This document shows, piece after piece, positions 43,602 to 51,294 of a stretch of 64,000 nt of DNA (position 1 is its first letter; every line of letters starts with the position of its first letter). Location of the stretch: positions 38,890-102,889 of the forward strand of contig CAMJYM010000002.1 of NCBI GenBank assembly GCA_946220865.1. Reading direction: 5' to 3'. The position numbers and the translations under genes were made by a program. Below the pieces are notes generated by a model that was given only the letters and a program-made list of their open reading frames with translations, had not been told where the DNA came from and searched no databases. This DNA comes from an uncultured Clostridia bacterium (GTDB lineage Bacteria > Bacillota > Clostridia > Saccharofermentanales > DTU023).

Positions 43602-44579
43602 ATGAATACAAAAAAATTAAGCATCAAAAAAGTCCTCATGCTGCTACTGGCCTTCGTGCTGGTCTTTAATCTGAGCGCCTGCAGCGGAAAAGGCGGAAAA
43701 AACGACAGCCAAAGTGCAAAAGCGAGTGAAGCCCAGGCCGAGCCTAAGAATCTCGACGAGGCCGTGGCCTTGCATAAAGACCTGATGTCCCAGGAAAATG
43801 CGATTCTCTCCATCAACACCGAACTTTGGGAAAAAGTTTTTATCGAAGCCGACAAAGGCATGGTCATGTCGGAGGATGGCAAAAATTACGGGGATTTTCT
43901 GCTGAAAACCATTGAGTCCAGTAAGTCTAAATTTAAAGCAGACGAGCTGAAACTGCTGAAGGAAGGCGCAGAAAAAATTCGGGATATCGAAAGTCAATTA
44001 ACTGTTCTGGAAGAAAAATTCCCGGAAGTCGCCCGCAAATCTCTGGATAGTGAGATGAGCGTGCCAGCGGACAGTTCTATGAACATTGCCAAGGATCAGG
44101 CTGCAGACGAGTCGCAGAAGTTCCCTGCCTTCGAGGGCAAGGATCTTGATGGAAAAGATGTCAGCAGCGACAAACTCTTCTCCGGCAACGCTGTGACCGT
44201 CGTCAACTTCTGGTTTACCACCTGCAGTCCCTGCGTGGGTGAACTGGGCGATCTGGAGGAATTGAATAAAGAGCTGGCCAAAAAAGGCGGTGCGGTCATA
44301 GGCATCAACTCTTTTACCCTGGACGGCCAGAAAGAAGCGATTAAAGAGGCGAAGGAGCTTCTGTCCAAAAAGGGCGTCAGCTATCAGAACGTGTATTTTG
44401 ACTCCGACAGCAAAGCTGGTGAATTTACCGGCAAGGTCTTTGCCTACCCCACCACCTATGTTGTCGACCGCAACGGCAAGATCGTTGGCGAGCCCATCGT
44501 AGGAGGCATCAACAACAAAGCTCAAAGGGAAAAGCTGCAGTCTCTCATCGACGAGGCCCTGGGAGCGGATAAAAAATAA
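43602..44579 (+). CDS. TlpA/ResA-like thiol-disulfide oxidoreductase lipoprotein
   Basis: AAAGGAG RBS. MNTKKLSIKKVLMLLLAFVLVFNLSAC (lipobox LSAC). C-terminal thioredoxin fold with VVNFWFTTCSPCVGE. Confidence 0.85.
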   Translation: MNTKKLSIKKVLMLLLAFVLVFNLSACSGKGGKNDSQSAKASEAQAEPKNLDEAVALHKDLMSQENAILSINTELWEKVFIEADKGMVMSEDGKNYGDFLLKTIESSKSKFKADELKLLKEGAEKIRDIESQLTVLEEKFPEVARKSLDSEMSVPADSSMNIAKDQAADESQKFPAFEGKDLDGKDVSSDKLFSGNAVTVVNFWFTTCSPCVGELGDLEELNKELAKKGGAVIGINSFTLDGQKEAIKEAKELLSKKGVSYQNVYFDSDSKAGEFTGKVFAYPTTYVVDRNGKIVGEPIVGGINNKAQREKLQSLIDEALGADKK

Positions 44580-44698
44580 GGAAAAACAAAGCGAAAGAAA
44601 AGCAGGGGCAAGCGCAAGACAGTGCAGCTATGCCATGCATGGCAGGTTCAACGCTGTTTGACCACCATGCAACCAACTATTCGTTCAAGTTTTTCAAC

Positions 44699-44734
44699 AA
44701 GTGGCCTGAGTCCTGCCCAGGCCACTTGTTTTTA
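44699..44734 (+). terminator. Rho-independent terminator of the redox operon
   Basis: AAGTGGCCTG/CAGGCCACTT perfect 10-bp stem, then GTTTTTA. Confidence 0.72.
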
Positions 44735-44858
44735 TCTCCAAACACGGCTCTCAAGGATAGCAAGACCCAATCTCAAGAACAGCAGAACCGAAGTAAAACA
44801 GGGCAAGAAAGCTGACCAGGGATGAATTCCGGCTTTATGCCCTCTTTCTTGCCCAAGT

Positions 44859-45473
44859 TCAGACCGATTCTGCTTGTGTATCCCGATCTTGACCGGATTT
44901 GCGAGGCAAAAAAATGAAAGCCAGGATCATCAAAATCAGCCAGATGGCGCCAATAATAAAAAGCCAGGGTCTGCGTGCAACAGGAATAAGGAAATAAGCC
45001 GCAACTAAAGCCGCCCCTGCTAAAATTTTCGCAAGAATGGAAAGGCGGGCAAAATGGGGCTTCGAAACAAAGCGGAAAAATTGATGTTTCGCTTTGGCCA
45101 ATAGCTGAGGCAGAGGCCAGACTAAAATAAAAAGGGTCGTTAAAATAAGTGCCCAAAGCCAGGCCAAAGGTCGCCACAAACGGCCCCAGATGCTTGCTTC
45201 CGTCGGAGTCATGCGGGTCCACAGGCGGCGCTGCAAGCCCCAAAAGGTCAGCTCCGGATTCTCACTTTCAGCAGGAGCGCCTGCTGGCTCCGCCACCGGC
45301 GTCGTTTCTTCACTTTCCATTTGATATTCAATGGCCGGCGGGTCGGAAATCGGGTCAGCCTGAGCCACGGCAGGCACAGATCCTGTCAGGCGGGCGGCCA
45401 TAGCCAGACTCAGGACCGCAACGAGCACTTTTTCTTTTTTATTTTTAAGATTCTTGAAATCTACGATATTCAT
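44859..45473 (-). CDS. hypothetical membrane protein (signal peptide, Pro/Glu-rich linker, Trp/Arg-rich multi-TM C-terminus)
   Basis: 204-aa ORF with ...KVLVAVLSLAMAARLTGSVPAVAQA..., then ...FWGLQRRLWTRM...IWGRLWRPLAWLWALIL.... I recognise no family. Confidence 0.55.
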   Translation of the reverse strand: MNIVDFKNLKNKKEKVLVAVLSLAMAARLTGSVPAVAQADPISDPPAIEYQMESEETTPVAEPAGAPAESENPELTFWGLQRRLWTRMTPTEASIWGRLWRPLAWLWALILTTLFILVWPLPQLLAKAKHQFFRFVSKPHFARLSILAKILAGAALVAAYFLIPVARRPWLFIIGAIWLILMILAFIFLPRKSGQDRDTQAESV

Positions 45474-45636
45474 AATGGCTGCCTTCTTTCTTGTTTATTT
45501 TTATGCTTATATTTTTCTTCTCATATCCAACAGATGGCTTCGTGGTCATAGACGGTGAAGAGTGTATTTTAAGGGACTAAACTCTCTTAGTCCAGCCTGT
45601 AGATCTTTTACTCAGTTCAGGCCAACTGTTTTCAGT

Positions 45637-46764
45637 TCAGCCCAGCTGATTTAAGCTGCGCGTGCGGCTCACAATCACGGCGAGAAGGAAATAGAGTATG
45701 GCGAAGAGGAAGAGCACTATGGCGTTGCGGGCGAAGTCGATGCCTTCAAGAGCCAGGTTGTAGTAATACAGCGGGAAGAGTTTTGCGACATTTAAAGCCG
45801 ACGGATTGATGTAGTCCAAACCCGTCATGGTTCCGGAGATAAAGGCCAGTGCCAGAGGGGCCATGCTGCCAATGGTCGTGTTGAGCGATTCTTTGCTGCT
45901 CAGATTGTTGACCAGATAGCCCGCAGCCATGGCCACGAAGCAGAGCAGGGCAAAGCAAAGCAGGAAGTGGGCGAAAGCCGCGCCATCTTCGATATGAGGA
46001 AAAAAGATAAAGCTTCCACAGCTGAAAAAGAGAAAGAGAAAGAACGTGAGCAGGGAGAGGCCAAGTATGATCTGACTGTGGTAGCGCCAAGGTCTGAAAC
46101 TTGAAACAACTCTGCGGGCACGGTTTTTGCTTTCATTAAAATTGGCAAGACAGAGCGAAAAGCTGGAGATCACAATGCAGAGAATAATGTAACCCGCAAA
46201 GCGGAAAAAAATTTTAAGCCAGGTTTGCTGGAATTTTTCGTTACGTTGATGACGGCCCACAAAGTGCAGCGTGCTGTTATCGCCGAGAATTTTTGTGACC
46301 GCCTGGCTGTCAATTTTGCCATCCTGCAGCGAGGCGCGGGCAAAGCGAAGATATTTGCTGATTTCCGGTTCAAGTTGCCAGGACGATTGACCCAGGGGAT
46401 TGCGTACCAGTTCAACGGCCTTCTCGTTGCGACTCACGTGTTTTTCAAAGTCAGGCAGAATCTTGATGGCGGCTTCAATGCCGGACGAAGTCACAAATTC
46501 ATAAAGCTCCTGATCGCTGCCGTCAAAATTGACTGCAATAAAGCGAGAATTCAGATACGCGGCAAAAGCTTTTGAAGCCTCCGTCTGATCCAGATCCTGC
46601 ACGTGAATACGAATGGCGTATGGTTCATCAGGATCAAGGCTCGCGGGTTGTGTCGCAGGACTGCTGGCATTCAGAGCGCTGATAAGAAAAAAGATCAGAC
46701 TGTAGGAGAGGATAAGGGGGATACTGCGGCGCAGCAGGCGCAAAAAAGTTTTGAAGATAATCAT
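45637..46764 (-). CDS. ABC-2-type transporter permease
   Basis: 375 aa with an N-terminal TM helix, a large extracytoplasmic loop and five C-terminal TM segments. It is the third gene of the ATPase-permease-permease operon. Confidence 0.78.
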   Translation of the reverse strand: MIIFKTFLRLLRRSIPLILSYSLIFFLISALNASSPATQPASLDPDEPYAIRIHVQDLDQTEASKAFAAYLNSRFIAVNFDGSDQELYEFVTSSGIEAAIKILPDFEKHVSRNEKAVELVRNPLGQSSWQLEPEISKYLRFARASLQDGKIDSQAVTKILGDNSTLHFVGRHQRNEKFQQTWLKIFFRFAGYIILCIVISSFSLCLANFNESKNRARRVVSSFRPWRYHSQIILGLSLLTFFLFLFFSCGSFIFFPHIEDGAAFAHFLLCFALLCFVAMAAGYLVNNLSSKESLNTTIGSMAPLALAFISGTMTGLDYINPSALNVAKLFPLYYYNLALEGIDFARNAIVLFLFAILYFLLAVIVSRTRSLNQLG

Positions 46765-46775
46765 ACCAGCACCTC

Positions 46776-47906
46776 TTAAAGCTCCTCATAGCGGCTTTTG
46801 CCGAGAATCAACACGGCCGGAATCAGGAAAAGCAGGGCAAAGGCTGTCATCTTCAGGACAACAGGGAGGGCATCGGCCAGCTTACCCGTCAGGTTAACCC
46901 GCGTCAGCCCCTGACTGAGGATGTTGAGGGGATTCATTTTCAGCAGCCAGGGAGCTCGTCTCTGCAGAGCATTGGGAATGTCCATGCCCATCATGCCGCT
47001 GAGAAACGCCAGTGCGTTAAAAACAAAGATGCCGACCAGGGTCTTGGCCCCCGCACTGATCTTCAAAGTCCCGAAGAAAATGCCCAGGGCAATGCCAAAG
47101 AGCCCGCCCATGAGAAGGATGACCACACTGGGCAGGAGATAATGAATTAAGTTCAGCCCAAGCCCATATTCGACCAGCAGAAGCTGCAGAATGACGGATA
47201 ACGCCGTTCCCACGAGCGCCATCAGGACACCGGCGATGATGCCCCGTCCTTTGCGCTGCGGGGCAATGACGTTGCGCTGAGCCAGTGTCGACTGATTGGC
47301 CTGAAAAAGGCCGGTCGTTTCGCTTGCGCCGAAATAGCCGTAGAGGGAGAAACAGGCCAGTACCGTGTAAAAGATGCGCTGAAACTCGTCCAGCTCAGCT
47401 TTCTCGGTCTGCAGCATATTTTCGCTGCTCTGGCCGATGACCCGCAGGCGTTCCTGGATTTTGTTCTCAATGGCCTTCTGCCCTTTCAGCACATCTCCCA
47501 GCTGAATGCTGGACGAGACCAGTTGCGAGATTTGTCGATACTCATTGATGACACTGCGGGCGATTTGCTGATCCAGTCCATCCTGGCTGATATCGAGGTC
47601 GAGATCCTCTCTCACAAAAGCGGTGATCTCTTTATTTTCGAGAGCAGACACCGCCTCCTCTTCGCTGAGCAGCTTCAGACTGATCAGATCAAGGCCCTCG
47701 TCCATGGCCTGAAGCCCTTTGAGCTGCGGGTTTTGCGCATCCACACCCAGGACAATATGGTGCTCCTCAACATCCCTGAAACCGGCAAAAGCAAAATTCA
47801 TGCAGATCATAAACAGGAGAGGAAAAAAGATCATCCAAAAGATCGTGCTGCGTGCACGGTAAGCGTCCTTCAGGAAAAAAGCGCTGTTGCGCAGAATGCT
47901 TTTCAT
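46776..47906 (-). CDS. ABC-2-type transporter permease
   Basis: 376 aa with the same architecture as the neighbouring permease. Its start overlaps the ATPase stop. Confidence 0.8.
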   Translation of the reverse strand: MKSILRNSAFFLKDAYRARSTIFWMIFFPLLFMICMNFAFAGFRDVEEHHIVLGVDAQNPQLKGLQAMDEGLDLISLKLLSEEEAVSALENKEITAFVREDLDLDISQDGLDQQIARSVINEYRQISQLVSSSIQLGDVLKGQKAIENKIQERLRVIGQSSENMLQTEKAELDEFQRIFYTVLACFSLYGYFGASETTGLFQANQSTLAQRNVIAPQRKGRGIIAGVLMALVGTALSVILQLLLVEYGLGLNLIHYLLPSVVILLMGGLFGIALGIFFGTLKISAGAKTLVGIFVFNALAFLSGMMGMDIPNALQRRAPWLLKMNPLNILSQGLTRVNLTGKLADALPVVLKMTAFALLFLIPAVLILGKSRYEEL

Positions 47907-48856
47907 CAGTCTCTCAGCTCCTTTCCCGTAAGTTCAAGAAAGACATCATTCAGGGTGGGCCGTTCACTGTAGAGCTGAGTGTATTCGAGACCTTGCTCCT
48001 GAATGTAGTGCAGGAGATGGAGCAGATTATTGTTGCTTTTGGCAAATTTCAAGGTATAGCGTGTCTCGCCGCTGCCGGGATCCTTGTCCTCAGAAAATTC
48101 CAGCAGCTGCGGCAGCTGAGAAATTCCTTCGCGGAACGCTTCGCTATTGTGCTGCAGAGAGAGATGGATCTTCTCCGAAGTTTCTATGCTGCTGAGCAGT
48201 TCTTCGGTGCTGCCGCTGACCAGGTTCTTCCCCTTGTCCATGATAATGATGCGGCTGCAGATCTGCTGCGCCTCTTCCAGGTAGTGTGTCGTATACACCA
48301 CCGTAGTTCCCTCTGCATTCATTTTCTGGACCTGTTCCAGGATAAAATTGCGGCTTTGGGCATCGACGGCCACCGTAGGTTCGTCAAGAAAGAGCAGCTC
48401 AGGCTTGTGGGCAATGCCGCAGGCGATGTTGAGACGCCGCTTGAGACCTCCGGACAATTTACGAGGATAAAACTTTTCATAACCTTCAAGACCGGTAACG
48501 TGAATAGCCTCATCAATCAGGCCTTTGCGGCGCTTTTTGTCATCTACATACAAACCGCAGAAATAATCAATATTTTCACGCACCGTCAGATTTTCCATCA
48601 GCGCCAGCTCCTGAGGCACAACGCCGATCCGTGCCTTAATATCCCAGGCATCCGGACGCATCTCCTGGCCAAAAAGTTTAATCTCCCCCTGATCGTATTT
48701 AAGCAGGGCAAGGATACAGTTAATCAGGGTCGTTTTGCCCGAGCCGTTTGGCCCTAGAAGGCCCACAATCTCGCCTTCTTTCACCGTAAAATCGAAGTGA
48801 TCCAAAGCGAGCACTTCCTTATACCGTTTGACACATTGGCTGACTTCTATAATCAT
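47906..48856 (-). CDS. ABC transporter ATP-binding protein (CcmA/DrrA-like with C-terminal accessory domain)
   Basis: Walker A GPNGSGKTT, signature LSGGLKRRLNIA, Walker B LLFLDEPTVAVD, H-loop TTHYLEE. Confidence 0.92.
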   Translation of the reverse strand: MIIEVSQCVKRYKEVLALDHFDFTVKEGEIVGLLGPNGSGKTTLINCILALLKYDQGEIKLFGQEMRPDAWDIKARIGVVPQELALMENLTVRENIDYFCGLYVDDKKRRKGLIDEAIHVTGLEGYEKFYPRKLSGGLKRRLNIACGIAHKPELLFLDEPTVAVDAQSRNFILEQVQKMNAEGTTVVYTTHYLEEAQQICSRIIIMDKGKNLVSGSTEELLSSIETSEKIHLSLQHNSEAFREGISQLPQLLEFSEDKDPGSGETRYTLKFAKSNNNLLHLLHYIQEQGLEYTQLYSERPTLNDVFLELTGKELRD

Positions 48857-49054
48857 GCTTGATTCCTTTCAAAAGGCTCTTAAAAAACTCTCAAAAAGCT
48901 TTGCTTTAAACGCGCAGGGCTAAGCCTCAGCTCTGCGTTCCCAGAATACCCCTGCGAATGCAGGAGCCTGGACGGCGCAACGATCCAAATCAGTTTAGGT
49001 TTACCCTATAAATCCAGTCAAGACTCTGAATGTTAAATAAGTTTTAGCCCTTGA

Positions 49055-49099
49055 TAAAAAAGCTCCTGCACGACTGAAATGATCCGTCATGTAAGAGCT
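49055..49099 (-). terminator. candidate terminator of the SPFH/ZnR/TPM operon
   Basis: Minus strand: a 14-bp stem AGCTCTTACATGAC/GTCGTGCAGGAGCT (1 mismatch, 2 G-U pairs), then TTTTTTAT. It lies about 80 nt after the stop. Confidence 0.45.
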
Positions 49100-49180
49100 A
49101 AAGAGCAGGATCGTACGCTGGAGAAACCCCAAATGAAACCCTTCAAAGAAGCTGTAAAACCTTTCGCTGCCGTGCTGCTT

Positions 49181-50092
49181 CTAAAAGCTGGCGCCACCTC
49201 CGCCATGCGTGCCGCCGCTGGAGCCAATATGCGTACTGCTGCGGCCAGAAGAACCAGAGAACCCTCCCGATGAACTTTCCTTGACAATGGGAATCACCTG
49301 AACCCTGGTGTCGATAAGTTCGTCATCCAGTTGATTCATCGAGACGATACCGTTGGCGGCAATGCTGTAATACAAAGGACGAAATTTCGACTTATAGTCT
49401 CTCTTTTTTTTCATAAAGAAGAGGCCACCGCTGCCCAGACCTCCCAAAGCGCCAAGACCCAGCTCTCCAGGATTGAGGTCACGTGGAAGCGGAACCGCCG
49501 CTTCTGTGCCTGGACGTGGAGCCCTGGGGTCAAAATCGAGATAAGTTCCCTCTTCTCTGAACTGATTAGCCTGGACGCCGCGCGCAAGGAAACCTTCGGT
49601 CTTAGCGAACATCTTTCTCGCCATCGCCGCGACATCGCCCGCTTTCAGATCGGGCAGACCCGCGTCGAGGATCTCCTGGATATAAAGGTCGGGCAGAATG
49701 TCGATCAAGCGACCCGATGTGGAAAAATAAAGCTGCCGGTGTTCGAGGTCCAGCACAATGACACCGCCATCCGCATTGATGCGTCCCATCCACTCATCGA
49801 AAAAATCGTCCGCATAGTCCATCGTCGATTTTCCCTCGGTATCCTCGGTCGTCACGAGGAGAATGTCCTGCTGGTATTCTTTGGCGATCTGAGCCGTTCT
49901 CTCTTCGAATTCAACCCTCTCCTCTACGCTCAGTTTTTCGGCAAAGTCAAAGACACGCTGAGCGCGACACTCGGCTTCTTCCGCCAGAACAGGCCGGCAG
50001 GCAGACAACAGTGAGATGCTGAGCAGGACGAGCATCATCATCAGGAGAGTCCGGACAATCCAGCCCGGCCTTTGTTTTCTCAACGCTTTCAT
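49181..50092 (-). CDS. TPM-domain membrane protein (YdjH/YgcG-like)
   Basis: N-terminal TM or signal segment. TPM-like core ...VFDFAEKLSVEERVEFEERTAQIAKEYQQDILLVTT.... A second TM segment (LGLGALGGLGSGGLFFM). Gly/Ser-rich tail ...SSSGGFSGSSGRSS...GGGGASF. Confidence 0.8.
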   Translation of the reverse strand: MKALRKQRPGWIVRTLLMMMLVLLSISLLSACRPVLAEEAECRAQRVFDFAEKLSVEERVEFEERTAQIAKEYQQDILLVTTEDTEGKSTMDYADDFFDEWMGRINADGGVIVLDLEHRQLYFSTSGRLIDILPDLYIQEILDAGLPDLKAGDVAAMARKMFAKTEGFLARGVQANQFREEGTYLDFDPRAPRPGTEAAVPLPRDLNPGELGLGALGGLGSGGLFFMKKKRDYKSKFRPLYYSIAANGIVSMNQLDDELIDTRVQVIPIVKESSSGGFSGSSGRSSTHIGSSGGTHGGGGASF

Positions 50093-50107
50093 ATCGGTTC
50101 CCTCTCC

Positions 50108-51229
50108 TTAAAAGAAATAGTACAAAAGCAGCAGGAGCAGGATCACGACCAGAAGACCAATGCCCAGGCTGCTCAGGCCAAGTTTTTTCTGATCCAGCGG
50201 CAGCTCGCCAAAGGCCTCGCCGGTCTGTCCGTTCAGCGCGTAGACATAAGTTTTTCCAACGAATTTATAGGTCATGATCCAGACAGGCAGTAAGACGGTG
50301 AGCGGCTTATCCACCTTATTGACGTGCTCATCTCTGTCCAGCCTTACTTTGTCAAAACGGTCCATGCTCTGCCTGGCGATTTCAGTTCCATAGGCTTCCA
50401 TGCGCTGCTCAAACCGGGCGCGCACTTCGTCCTCATTCACCGTGCGCGTCTCCGCAAAAAAGCCGCTGAGGTAGGGTAGCGCAAAGGGTTTAAGTTCCTC
50501 CAGCTGATACCTGGCGACACTCTCGACAAGTTCAGGATCCACTTTATCCGATTTAAGATAGGCCATTTCCAGCATATTGGGCAGTTTTACCTCGCCCTGA
50601 CGGCTGAAGCGATAAACGGAGGTCGTAATGCGCTCTTCATTCGAAAAGCGCCTGCTCTCCGAAATTTCACCCTGACCCTGCAAATCCAGCTCTACTGTGC
50701 CCTCTGCCAGCCAGAAAGGCAGGTAGATGCCCGTCAGCTTTTCCAGCTGAGACCGGCTGGTAAAGGCCCTCGGAACATAAGTCTTTTTACCGGCCCAGGA
50801 GAGCAGTATCTTTTCCGCCTCCTCCCGGCTGATCTTAAAAGGCAGAATGAACTGCGGCTGAAATTCGCCCGATACCCTATCCTCGAGAATGATGGGATTA
50901 TGGCAGTAGTAGCAGCTCGTCGCCGCCGTTGTATCGTCGGTCACCACCTCGGCCCCGCAGCTCTGGCAGTGATAGCTGCGCATACAGGCCTTTTCGGAAC
51001 TGGAGGGACCCTGCTCAGCAGACTGTTCCGTGCCTTCACCGCCCATCTGGCGCTGCCTGCGTTCGGCTTCGCGCGCCGTGGCCGCCTCTCGCCCCCTGGC
51101 ATTAAAGGCTTCGACCTCTTCAACCGTAAAGTGACTGCGGCAAAAATCACAGTTCACCTGAGCACTTTCCGGTGAAAAGCTGAGGGGTGCGCCGCAATTG
51201 GGGCATTTGTAACTAACAGTGCTCATCAC
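50108..51229 (-). CDS. double zinc-ribbon, C-terminally membrane-anchored protein (YdjG-like)
   Basis: CPNC...CDFC and CQSC...CYYC pairs near the N-terminus. Conserved-looking ...GIYLPFWL... core. C-terminal TM helix LGIGLLVVILLLLLLYYFF. Confidence 0.75.
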   Translation of the reverse strand: MMSTVSYKCPNCGAPLSFSPESAQVNCDFCRSHFTVEEVEAFNARGREAATAREAERRQRQMGGEGTEQSAEQGPSSSEKACMRSYHCQSCGAEVVTDDTTAATSCYYCHNPIILEDRVSGEFQPQFILPFKISREEAEKILLSWAGKKTYVPRAFTSRSQLEKLTGIYLPFWLAEGTVELDLQGQGEISESRRFSNEERITTSVYRFSRQGEVKLPNMLEMAYLKSDKVDPELVESVARYQLEELKPFALPYLSGFFAETRTVNEDEVRARFEQRMEAYGTEIARQSMDRFDKVRLDRDEHVNKVDKPLTVLLPVWIMTYKFVGKTYVYALNGQTGEAFGELPLDQKKLGLSSLGIGLLVVILLLLLLYYFF

Positions 51230-51294
51230 ATGACTCCTGTAACATCTACAGCCTGGCTCTCAACTCGCGGCCTCTTCACCTGTTTTGCTCTGGC

